Positions 18,867-27,588 of a DNA stretch of 64,000 bases are shown here, piece by piece (positions within the stretch are counted from its first letter, which is position 1; each line of letters opens with the position of its first letter). The stretch spans positions 1 to 64,000 of the forward strand of contig JAXLQJ010000018.1 of assembly GCA_046331705.1 (NCBI GenBank), written 5' to 3'. The notes beneath the pieces are model-generated. The model searched no databases. It saw nothing but the letters and a program-made list of their open reading frames with translations, and had not been told where the DNA came from. This DNA comes from a bacterium. Lineage in GTDB: Bacteria > JADJOY01. The translations under genes were made by a program, and so were the position numbers.

Positions 18867-19655
18867 TCACGCGCGCAGCACGCAGGTCATGCCGCCGTCG
18901 ACTCGCAGCGTCTGGCCAGTCACGTAGGCCGACGCGTCGCTGGCCAGGAACACCACGGCGCCCTTGATGTCGTCGGCGCCACCGGGGCGGCGCGCCGGCA
19001 CCCCGGCGAGAAAGCGCTCGAGACGCGCGGGATCGCGCCGCAAGTACTCCATCATGTCCGTGTCGAAGAGCCCGGGCGCGATCGCGTTCACCCGAATGCC
19101 GTGCATCGCGAGCTTCACCGCCAGGTCGGTGGTGAGCGATACCACCGCGCCCTTGCTGGCGTTGTACGCGACGGCGGGCTGCTCGCTTTCCTCGGCACCC
19201 ACGAACGCCGAGGTCGACGCGATGCTCACGATCGAGCCGCCACCGCGCTCGGCCATGTGCCGCGCGACGGCCTGGGTGAGCAACCAGAGCCCGCGCACGT
19301 TCACCGCGAACACCTTGTCCCAGCCCTCGATCGGGTAGTCGAGGGTGGGCGCGCCCCACACGATACCGGCGTTGTTCACCAGCACGTCGAGCCGTCGGGT
19401 GATCGCGAACGTGCCCTCCACGAGCGCGTTCACGTCCTCCGCCTTGCCCACGTCCGCGCGCAGCGCCGTCGCGTGGCCGCCGGCGGATTCGATCTCCTTC
19501 ACCACCGACTCGCAGCGATCGAGCTTCCGTGAGGCCACGATCACCCGCGCTCCAGCCTCCGCCAACCCCACCGCGATGTGCCGGCCGATGCCGCGCCCGC
19601 CACCGGTGACGAGAGCCGTCTTGCCCGTCAGATCGAAGAGCCGTCGCGTATCCAT
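18867..19655 (-). CDS. SDR oxidoreductase (FabG/gluconate 5-dehydrogenase-like)
   Basis: TGGGRGIG, NNAG, YNASKG, VNAIAPG, VDGG. Confidence 0.95.
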   Translation of the reverse strand: MDTRRLFDLTGKTALVTGGGRGIGRHIAVGLAEAGARVIVASRKLDRCESVVKEIESAGGHATALRADVGKAEDVNALVEGTFAITRRLDVLVNNAGIVWGAPTLDYPIEGWDKVFAVNVRGLWLLTQAVARHMAERGGGSIVSIASTSAFVGAEESEQPAVAYNASKGAVVSLTTDLAVKLAMHGIRVNAIAPGLFDTDMMEYLRRDPARLERFLAGVPARRPGGADDIKGAVVFLASDASAYVTGQTLRVDGGMTCVLRA

Positions 19656-19692
19656 GCCGGTCTCCTGCAGCGCGGCGAGCCGTATCCCGCGC

Positions 19693-20478
19693 TCACGACG
19701 AGCCCGGGAAGAAGCGCCGCGCGCGGCGCGCGATCGCCCGATCGAGCAAACCTGGCGCCAACGGGCGCAGCCCCACCGCCACCTTGCCCTTCCACGAGAG
19801 CACTCGCTCGCGCTCGCCCTTCATCAGCGCGTCGAGGATCTCGTCCGCGCACGCCGCGGCGCTCGTGATGCGCTGGTTTCGCTCCGGCGGCCGCCCGTCG
19901 GCGATGTCGGTGGCGACCGCGCCGGGGCAGACGATGGTGACGCCGACGCCGCTGCCCCGGAGCTCGATGCGCAGCGAGTCGAAGAAGCCGTGCAGCGCGT
20001 GCTTGCTCGCCGAATACGCCGCGAAGCCCGGGAACCCGGCTTTGCCCTGGACGCTCGACACCACCACGATCGCGCCCTTCGCCTTCACGAGCTGCGGCAG
20101 CGCGCGCCACGCGCAGTGGACCGGCCCCAGCCAGTTCGTGCGCATCACCCGCTCGAAGGCACCGGCGTCGGTCTCGTCGACGAGCGGCTTGCGGTGCGAG
20201 ATCCCGGCGTTGAGCAGCAGCACGTCGATGCCGCCCATCTGCGTCGTGGCGCGCTCGATCAACGAGCGACAACCATCCTCGGTCGCGAGGTCGACGACCA
20301 TCCCGGCGGCGCGCGCGCCGCGGCTCAAGCAATCGTCGACCACGCGGTGCAGCCGATCGGCGCGGCGCGCCGCGAGCAGCAGCACCGCCTTGCGCTTCGC
20401 CAGCGCACGCGCCAGCTCGGCGCCGATGCCGCTCGATGCGCCCGTCACCACCACGCGTTTTCCCGCCAGCTCCTTCAT
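19693..20478 (-). CDS. SDR oxidoreductase (DHRS7-like)
   Basis: TGASSGIG, NAG, YSASKHALHGFFDSLRIE. Confidence 0.95.
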   Translation of the reverse strand: MKELAGKRVVVTGASSGIGAELARALAKRKAVLLLAARRADRLHRVVDDCLSRGARAAGMVVDLATEDGCRSLIERATTQMGGIDVLLLNAGISHRKPLVDETDAGAFERVMRTNWLGPVHCAWRALPQLVKAKGAIVVVSSVQGKAGFPGFAAYSASKHALHGFFDSLRIELRGSGVGVTIVCPGAVATDIADGRPPERNQRITSAAACADEILDALMKGERERVLSWKGKVAVGLRPLAPGLLDRAIARRARRFFPGSS

Positions 20479-20496
20479 GCGCGCGCATTCGAAGCG

Positions 20497-20515
20497 GAAT
20501 TTGACGATCCGTCAA
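20497..20515. promoter_or_regulatory. Operator-like box, copy 3 (reverse complement identical to copy 1)
   Basis: GAATTTGACGATCCGTCAA between the divergent SDR and CoA-transferase genes. Confidence 0.8.
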
Positions 20516-20566
20516 CTTTCCCCTAAACGGTCGCGACGCCCCACGCTCGGCCATGCTTTTCCCTCC

Positions 20567-21745
20567 ATGACCCACCACGCGATCGCCGCGACCCGCGCAC
20601 CACGGCTGCCGCTCGCGGGGGTGCGAGTCGTGGACCTCACCGCGATGATCTCGGGGCCGATGACCACGGCCATCCTCGCCGACCAGGGTGCCGACGTCAT
20701 CAAGGTCGAGCCGCCGGGCCAGGGCGATCTCATTCGCCATCTGGGCTCGAGCCGAGGCGGCGTCTCGGCGATCTTCCAGACACTCAACCGCGGCAAGCGT
20801 TCGATCGCGCTCGACCTGAAGACGCCGAACGCGCACGCCACGCTCGCGAAGCTGGTCGCCAGCTCGGACGTGTTCATCCAGAACTTTCGCCCCGGCGTCG
20901 CCGCGCGCCTCGGCGTCGACGAGGCAACGCTGAGGCGGCACCGCGCCGATCTCGTCTACGTCTCGGTGAGCGGCTTCGGCGAGAGCGGTCCCCATGCGCA
21001 GCGCCGCGTCTACGACATCGTGATCCAGGGAGCCTCGGGCATGGCCGCATCCCAGGCCGATCCGGCCACCGGCAAGCCCGAGCTCATCCGCAACGTGGTC
21101 TGCGACAAGATCACCGCGGTCTACGCGGCGCAAGCGATCACCGCGGCCCTCTTCGATCGGGCGCGTGGAGGCGGCGGGTGCCACGTGCGGCTCGCCATGC
21201 TCGACGCGGCCGTCGCGTTCCTGTGGCCCGACGTGATGCAGGACCACACCTACGCGGGCGGCGACGTGACCCGCGGGCCGTCGCTCCTCGGCATCGTCCG
21301 CATCCACCCGACCAGCGACGGCTTCATCACGCTCTTGGCGCTCACCGATGCCGACTTCGCGGGGGTGTGTCGCGCCGTCGGCCGGCCCGAGCTGGCGACG
21401 GATGCGCGCTTTCGCGCGTCGCGCGAGCGGCTCGCGCACGCCGACGAGCTGGCGAGGCTGCTCGACGACGCGACCGCCACGATCGCCACCGCGGCGCTCT
21501 GCGCTCGCCTCGAGCAAGAAGGTGTCGCGTGCGGCGGCGTGGTGCCGCCCGAGCGCGTCCACGCGGACCCACAGCTCGAGGCGAACGGGCTCATCGCTCG
21601 CTACGAGGATCCCCGCTTCGGCGCCGTGCGCATCGCGGGACCGGTGGCGCGCTTCGGCGCCGAGCGCGCCGTGCCGCGGCGGCTCGCGCCGGCGCTCGGC
21701 GAGCACACCGACCAGATCCTCGCGGAGCTCGGCCTCGACCGCTGA
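20567..21745 (+). CDS. Class III CoA-transferase (CaiB/BaiF)
   Basis: PLAGVRVVDL, LADQGADVIKVEPP, NRGKRSIALDLK, QNFRPG, GEHTDQIL. Confidence 0.95.
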   Translation: MTHHAIAATRAPRLPLAGVRVVDLTAMISGPMTTAILADQGADVIKVEPPGQGDLIRHLGSSRGGVSAIFQTLNRGKRSIALDLKTPNAHATLAKLVASSDVFIQNFRPGVAARLGVDEATLRRHRADLVYVSVSGFGESGPHAQRRVYDIVIQGASGMAASQADPATGKPELIRNVVCDKITAVYAAQAITAALFDRARGGGGCHVRLAMLDAAVAFLWPDVMQDHTYAGGDVTRGPSLLGIVRIHPTSDGFITLLALTDADFAGVCRAVGRPELATDARFRASRERLAHADELARLLDDATATIATAALCARLEQEGVACGGVVPPERVHADPQLEANGLIARYEDPRFGAVRIAGPVARFGAERAVPRRLAPALGEHTDQILAELGLDR

Positions 21746-21772
21746 CCCACCGAATCATCGCAGGGAGGAGCC

Positions 21773-22675
21773 ATGGGAGCACTCGACGGAAAGGCCGCGG
21801 CCGTCACCGGCGCCGGCCGCGGCATCGGCCGCGCGCACGTGTTGCAGCTCGCGGGCGCGGGCGCGGCGGTGATCGTCAACGACGTCGACGGCGCCGAGGC
21901 GGAACGTGTCGCGGGCGAGGTCCGCGAGCGCGGCGGCGCGGCCGCGGCGAGCACCGCCGACATCGCCACCCAGGCAGGCGCCGAGCAGCTCGTGAACGAA
22001 TGCGTCGCGGCGTTCGGGAAGATCGACGTCCTGGTCGCCAACGCCGGCATCGCGCGCGACAAGACCTTCCTCAAGATGACCGAGGAGGACTTCACCGCGG
22101 TCTGGCGCGTACACGTGATGGGCACGTTCTTCCCGTGCCAGGCCGCCGCCAAGCAGATGATCGCGCAGGGCACGGGCGGCGCGCTCGTCACCACCACCTC
22201 CGCGGCGCATTTCGGGAACTTCGGCCAGACCAACTACGCGGCCGCCAAGGGCGCCATCGCCTCGATGACCTACACGATGGCGCTGGAGCTGGCGCGACAC
22301 GGCATTCGCGTGAACGCGATCTCGCCGGCGGGAACGACGCGGCTCAGCGCGACCTACAAGGGCCCGGACGGCAAGGAACGGCCGATGCCGTTCATCGATC
22401 CGGAGCTCAACGGGCCGATGCTCGTCTACCTGGCGAGCGACGAAGGCAACTACATCTCGGGGCAGGTCTTCGGCACCGGCGCGGACCGCCTCATGCTCCT
22501 CGCCCAGCCGCAGTACGCGCACGGGCTGGTGAAGCCGGGCGGTTGGACGCTCGAGGACATCCGCAAGCACTTCCGGTCGAACCTCGGCAATCGCCTGGAG
22601 CCGCTCGGGATCCAGAAGCGACCCTACCCCTGGTACGACGGCATCCAGCCGCCGGCGAAGGCGAGCGAGTCGTGA
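21773..22675 (+). CDS. SDR (MFE-2/17beta-HSD4-like hydroxyacyl-CoA dehydrogenase type)
   Basis: TGAGRGIG, VNDV, NAGIARD, GNFGQTNYAAAK; GGAGGAG RBS. Confidence 0.93.
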   Translation: MGALDGKAAAVTGAGRGIGRAHVLQLAGAGAAVIVNDVDGAEAERVAGEVRERGGAAAASTADIATQAGAEQLVNECVAAFGKIDVLVANAGIARDKTFLKMTEEDFTAVWRVHVMGTFFPCQAAAKQMIAQGTGGALVTTTSAAHFGNFGQTNYAAAKGAIASMTYTMALELARHGIRVNAISPAGTTRLSATYKGPDGKERPMPFIDPELNGPMLVYLASDEGNYISGQVFGTGADRLMLLAQPQYAHGLVKPGGWTLEDIRKHFRSNLGNRLEPLGIQKRPYPWYDGIQPPAKASES

Positions 22676-22781
22676 CGGCCGCCGCGCGCTTCGCGTCGCT
22701 CGCTCCCGCTTGCGCCCATCCCACGGCCAACCCCCATCGACGCGCGAACCGACGTTCGGCCACGACCGTCCTGGAGGCCCG

Positions 22782-23129
22782 ATGCGCATGACACCCCGGA
22801 TGTGGATCTACGCTGCGCTCGCCGCCGCGGGCTTGGCGCTGCCGTGGTACTTCAACCTGCAGTTCATGCGGGAATCGGGCGGCGGCTTCGCGCTGGGGGC
22901 GTTCGTGGCGGGCGGTTACGCCAACCCCGCCGCGTCCTCGCTCACCAGCGACCTCACCGTGGGCGCGACCGCGTTCCTGATCTGGATGATCGCCGAGGCG
23001 CGGCGCTTGCGGATGCGCTTCGCGTGGGGCTACGCGGTGCTGCTCTTCTTCGTCGCGTTCGGGTTCGCCTGTCCGCTCTTCCTGCTCATGCGCGAACGCC
23101 ACCTGGAAGCCACGCGCTCGCGCGCCTGA
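22782..23129 (+). CDS. DUF2834-like small membrane protein
   Basis: ANPAASSLTSDL, EARRLRM, PLFLLMRER; three to four TM helices. Confidence 0.85.
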   Translation: MRMTPRMWIYAALAAAGLALPWYFNLQFMRESGGGFALGAFVAGGYANPAASSLTSDLTVGATAFLIWMIAEARRLRMRFAWGYAVLLFFVAFGFACPLFLLMRERHLEATRSRA

Positions 23130-24714
23130 GCACGCCGCGCGCGGGCGTCGCGGCGGCGTCGCTGGCGGGCTCGATTCCCAGATCGGCGGCGATCTCCGCC
23201 GCGGCACGGGCGCCGGTCGCGGCGGCTCCTTCCATGTAGCCCTGGAACTCGAGGCTCGTGTGCTCGCCGCAGAAGTGAAGGTTGCCGGCGCGCTCGCCCT
23301 CGGCGCCAGCGATCGTGGTGTTTTGGCCGACGCGATACGCCGAGTAGCTCGCCCGAGTCCACGGATCGCTCGGCCAGTGCATGCGCACGACGCGACCCGT
23401 GGACGCGCTCGCGAGGCCCGGAAACACCGCTTCGCCCTCGCGAAGCCACGCGGCGAGCTGGTCGCGGGGCGAGCCGCGCGCGAGCTCGACGCCGCGCCGG
23501 CCGCCGCGAAAGCTGGTGAGAATGCCGCCGTCACCCGCCTGGCCGCGGGTCGCGTCCCACATCACCGCGGCGTCGAGATCGGTGATTGCCGTGCCGTTCC
23601 TCCCGGTCGTGCGCCACGGGCGCGACGCGAAGCCAGCCACCAGCTTCGCGTTGGTGCCGTAGCCGAGCTCGTCGATCGCCCGCCGCTTGACGGCGGAGAG
23701 CGACACGCGCAGGTCCACGCGCCGCAGCAGCGTGAATGGGATCGCCAGCACCACGTGGTCCGCGACGATCTCGCGCGTCGAGGCGCCGCGATCGAACGAG
23801 AGCCGGTAGCGCCCATCCGGCTGCTCGACGAGCGACACCAACGCCGCGCCGAGCTCGAGCTGCGCCGGATCGAGGCCCTCGGCGAGTCGCGTCGGGATCC
23901 GATCGTTTCCGCCGCGCACGCGGTAACGCTGATCCGACGCCTCTCCCGGCGCGAAGGTGAGCACCACGTCGAGCGCGCTTTGCTCCTCGGGATCGAGCCC
24001 GTACTCGGCGACGAGCCCCGCTTCGAGCGCCGCGCGCAGCGGACCATCGGCGCCCGCTTCGTCGAGCCACTGGCGCGCGGACATCGCGTCGAGCGCCGCC
24101 GCGCCGTTCGGGTTGCGGTACGTGATCGGCGCCGCGGGATCGTCGAGCGTGGCGAGCGCCGCGTCGACGGCGGCGACGAGCGGCACCACGCCCTCGGCGA
24201 GATCGGCCACACGTACCGGCCGACCGCCCACGAAGAAGAGCGGATCGCCGTCGCGCTCGGCGTGCAGATCGTCGAGCGAAAGCTCGAGCTCGGCGGCGAG
24301 CGCGCGCAGCGTGGTGTGAACGCTGTCGATGAACTCGGCCCCCAGCTCCGCGGTCTGGTCCGCGCCGAAGCTCGTGCGATCGGTGTGCATCCGTCCGCCG
24401 ACTCGATCGGACGCGTCGAACACGACTGGGCGCAGCCCCAGCTGGTTGAGCCGGTGGGCCGCGTGCAGCCCAGCGACCCCCGCGCCGACGATCACCGTCT
24501 GCGCGTCGCGCGCGCCGCCGCCATTTCCGCCGCAGCCGGCGAGCCAGGCGCCAGCGGCTCCGGCGCCGGCCACACGCGCGAAGGTGCGTCGTGAGATCGC
24601 GGGCCCATCGTCCGGCCAGTCGAACGCCTCGCGAAACGGCACGCCGGCGGCGCGCGCGCTGCGGATCGAGCTTGCGGCGCGCACCAGCGCGCGCAGGATC
24701 ACCGATCGAGCCAT
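23086..24714 (-). CDS. Flavin monoamine oxidase family protein with Tat/lipoprotein-like signal
   Basis: SRRTF..LAGC, VGAGVAGL, RVGGR, ELGAEFID, FCGEHT..QGYMEGA. Confidence 0.93.
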   Translation of the reverse strand: MARSVILRALVRAASSIRSARAAGVPFREAFDWPDDGPAISRRTFARVAGAGAAGAWLAGCGGNGGGARDAQTVIVGAGVAGLHAAHRLNQLGLRPVVFDASDRVGGRMHTDRTSFGADQTAELGAEFIDSVHTTLRALAAELELSLDDLHAERDGDPLFFVGGRPVRVADLAEGVVPLVAAVDAALATLDDPAAPITYRNPNGAAALDAMSARQWLDEAGADGPLRAALEAGLVAEYGLDPEEQSALDVVLTFAPGEASDQRYRVRGGNDRIPTRLAEGLDPAQLELGAALVSLVEQPDGRYRLSFDRGASTREIVADHVVLAIPFTLLRRVDLRVSLSAVKRRAIDELGYGTNAKLVAGFASRPWRTTGRNGTAITDLDAAVMWDATRGQAGDGGILTSFRGGRRGVELARGSPRDQLAAWLREGEAVFPGLASASTGRVVRMHWPSDPWTRASYSAYRVGQNTTIAGAEGERAGNLHFCGEHTSLEFQGYMEGAAATGARAAAEIAADLGIEPASDAAATPARGVLRRASAWLPGGVRA

Positions 24715-24851
24715 CGGTCGGGCTGCCGGGCGCCGGCGCCAGCCGACGCGAGAGGAGTCGTCATCGCGGCTGATTGTCGCAGAATCGAGGCATGCGCGCG
24801 GCTCGGCGGCGCGCGGGCCGGACGCGGGGCGACGCGGGCGCTGCCGAGCGC

Positions 24852-26738
24852 TCAGCAGTCGAGCAACGCCAGCTCGTCGTCGAGCTCGGCGGCGCTCCCG
24901 TGGCGCTGCGAGGGGTCCTTCGCCAGCGCCTTGAGGATCGCCGCCTCGAGCCGCACCGGGAGCTCCGGCACCAGCGTGCGTGGCGCACGCGGCATCTCGG
25001 AGACCTGGCGCGTCAGGATGCTCACCAGATTCCCGCCGCGAAACGGCGGCACTCCGCAGAAGATCTCGTACATCACCGCCCCGACGGAGTAGAGGTCGGT
25101 GCGCCGATCCACCGGCTGGCCGAGCGCCATCTCGGGGGACACGTACTCGGGGGTGCCGATCGAGGTCTCGGTCAGCACCGCCGACACCGCGTCCTTGAAC
25201 TTGGCGATCCCGAAATCGATCAGCTTCGCGTCGCCGTGGGTGTCGAGGAGGATGTTCTCGGGCTTGATGTCGCGGTGCACCACGTCGAGGCGGTGCGCGG
25301 CCTCGAGCGCCGCGCACACGGCGCGCACGATGCGCAGTCCGTCGACGATCGCGAAGCGCCCCACCTCGCGCAAGCGGTGCCGCAGATCGCGCCCATCCAC
25401 GTATTCCATCGACAGATACGGGAGCGCGCCGCACTCGCCGAAATCGTAGGTCCGCACCACCCCCGGGTGGACGATGCGGCGCGTGATCTTGATCTCCTGC
25501 TTGAAGCGCCCGACGACGTCCTCGCCAACGTCCTGCATCGGCTTCAACACCTTGAGCGCCACGGTCTCGTCGAGGCGCTCGTCGCGCGCCATGAAGACCG
25601 CGCCGATGGTGCCCGCGCCGAGCTTGCGCAGCACGCGGTAGCGGCCGTCGAAGAGATCGCCCTCGCGGATCTCGGTGACCGTGCGCGGCACGTCGAGCGC
25701 ATGGGTCGCGGGCGTGGGCCGCCGCGGGGTCTCGCTGGTCCACCCCGGCGGAGTCGCGCGGGAGGGCGCGTCCTCGAAGCTCGCGCCGAGCGACGCATCG
25801 GGCGTGCGGCGGAGGACCGGGGTGGGCGTACCGGCCGCGGGCGCAGAGGCCACGGCGAGCGCGCTCTCGAGGTCGGGAATGCCGAGCGCTTCCTCGCGGA
25901 TCAGATTGCAGAGACGACGACATCTCTCGTCGAGCGCGCAGGTCCGGTAGAGCCGCACCAGCTCGAGGAAGAAGGGCAGCGTCTCGCGCGTGACCGGCGT
26001 GTGCTCGAAGCGCTCGATCGCCTGCTCGTCCGCCGCCGAGAGGTAGCCGCGCTGCGCCGCGCGCCGGAAGAGCGCCCCCATGGCGTCGCGATCGCTGGCG
26101 CTCGTGTCGAAGCTCGGCCCATGGCTCGCCGCGCGAACGCCATGCGCCGCCGCCGGGGATGGCGGCGGCGTGTGTCCGTCGCGGCCTCCCGAGCGACGAC
26201 GGGCCGCGGCCGATCGTCCGCGATCGCCGGCCTCGGACCACGCGTCCGCGGCGCGCGTCCACGCGCCCGCTTCCTCGAACGCTCGCGCCGCGCGGCCGAA
26301 GAGCCGCGCTTCCAGGAACGCCTCGGCGGCGAGCAGCATCTGACCGGCACGCTCGTACATCTCACCGGCCGAGCTGGCCTCGCCCATCCGCTGGAAGCAG
26401 CGCGCCGCCGAGGGAAGCTCGTTGGCCTCGCGGAAGAGCTGCGCCGCGAACGCGAAGTTGCCGGCGCGCTCGTACATGCGTGCGGCGCGGACCGGGTTGC
26501 CCGCGAGGCGATACGCGTCGCCGGCCTGGGCGTGGTCACCGGCGCGCAGGTAGTTGACCGCCGCCTGCTCGTAGTCGCCCACGTGCTCGAAGCAGCGCGC
26601 AGCGGACACGAAGTCCTTGGCCGCTTCGAACTCGGTTGCCGCCTGGTCGTAGCGCGCCGCCGCGCGCAGCCGCTCGGCGGTTCGGCGGCGCTCACTCGGG
26701 TTGCCGCCGAGCCTGCGGGTCTCCGGCTCGTGCCTCAT
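24852..26738 (-). CDS. Ser/Thr protein kinase with N-terminal 13-aa helical repeats
   Basis: LGAGTIG, VALK, HRDIKPEN, DFG, GTPEYVSPE, DLYSVG; start uncertain (26738 or upstream). Confidence 0.93.
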   Translation of the reverse strand: MRHEPETRRLGGNPSERRRTAERLRAAARYDQAATEFEAAKDFVSAARCFEHVGDYEQAAVNYLRAGDHAQAGDAYRLAGNPVRAARMYERAGNFAFAAQLFREANELPSAARCFQRMGEASSAGEMYERAGQMLLAAEAFLEARLFGRAARAFEEAGAWTRAADAWSEAGDRGRSAAARRRSGGRDGHTPPPSPAAAHGVRAASHGPSFDTSASDRDAMGALFRRAAQRGYLSAADEQAIERFEHTPVTRETLPFFLELVRLYRTCALDERCRRLCNLIREEALGIPDLESALAVASAPAAGTPTPVLRRTPDASLGASFEDAPSRATPPGWTSETPRRPTPATHALDVPRTVTEIREGDLFDGRYRVLRKLGAGTIGAVFMARDERLDETVALKVLKPMQDVGEDVVGRFKQEIKITRRIVHPGVVRTYDFGECGALPYLSMEYVDGRDLRHRLREVGRFAIVDGLRIVRAVCAALEAAHRLDVVHRDIKPENILLDTHGDAKLIDFGIAKFKDAVSAVLTETSIGTPEYVSPEMALGQPVDRRTDLYSVGAVMYEIFCGVPPFRGGNLVSILTRQVSEMPRAPRTLVPELPVRLEAAILKALAKDPSQRHGSAAELDDELALLDC

Positions 26739-27081
26739 GCGCACACTCGCTCGCGGCTGCAGACGACGGCCGTCGCACCGTCCGGCCGACGGGAGCCCGC
26801 GGCGCCCCTCGGCCGGCAACGCCAGACGCAGCCCGGGCTCGCCATGCCTGTGTCCGGGCTCCTCGACACTCGTCGATCTGACAAGCGTCCTCCCAACCGT
26901 CAATACGTCGACAGCCCCCAACTGGCCATCCACGCGAAAAATGCGCGCGGAGTCGCCTCCGACGCACGCCGTCCGTTCGACACGTGCAAGTTCGAGGCCT
27001 CGGCGCGGGGCCGAGCTGTCGGGGCAGAACCCCGCCGCCCGCGGCGCCGGGGTGGCGAGCGCGGCGCGGAGCGCTCGTCGG

Positions 27082-27585
27082 TCAGGATTGCGGCAGCGTG
27101 ACCGTGATCGTCACCCGGCGCGTCTCGCTGCGCGGGCCACAAACCTCGTCGAGCTCGCTGAAGTCGCCCTCGGAGCAGACGAGCAGGTAGGTGGTCGTGA
27201 CCGTCGGCGCGACGTGCTCGCTGCCGTGGTCCTCTCCGAGGCCGCCGACATCCGGCTCGATGTGGCAAAGGTCATGATCCCAGACGTGCCACGAGAGCAC
27301 GGCGTCGCCACCGAGGTAGATCGTGCCGGGGGTCGCGTGAAACTCGTCGATCAGGTCCGGCCCGAGACCGTCGATGATGCAGTCGACCACGTCTCCGCAG
27401 CCGGAAGCGACGAGCGGGCTCGCGCAAAGGAGCGCGAGCCCACCCGCGAGCGCGCCTCGCGACGAACGCTGCCGCTCGTGTCCTTTGGCCAGCCGCGGAA
27501 GCGACCTGGCGAGCTCGGCGTTCGGGAAACGACGGTCACGTCCCCTCGTGGCGAGCTCACGCGGACGGTCGCCGCGCGACCGCAT
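27082..27585 (-). CDS. Hypothetical lipoprotein (small Ig-like beta domain)
   Basis: LVASGC lipobox; F.ATP..I..G..VLSW, VAPTVTTTYLLVC. Confidence 0.7.
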   Translation of the reverse strand: MRSRGDRPRELATRGRDRRFPNAELARSLPRLAKGHERQRSSRGALAGGLALLCASPLVASGCGDVVDCIIDGLGPDLIDEFHATPGTIYLGGDAVLSWHVWDHDLCHIEPDVGGLGEDHGSEHVAPTVTTTYLLVCSEGDFSELDEVCGPRSETRRVTITVTLPQS

Positions 27586-27588
27586 CGC

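Noticed and set aside
12177-20515. CRISPR or mobile-repeat interpretation of the 19-bp repeats
   Set aside because: Copies are kilobases apart, with no spacer array, cas gene or transposase
23086-26262. 1058-aa ORF as an extended amine oxidase
   Set aside because: The upstream half is an off-frame, Arg-rich read-through over the kinase gene; the real start is near 24714
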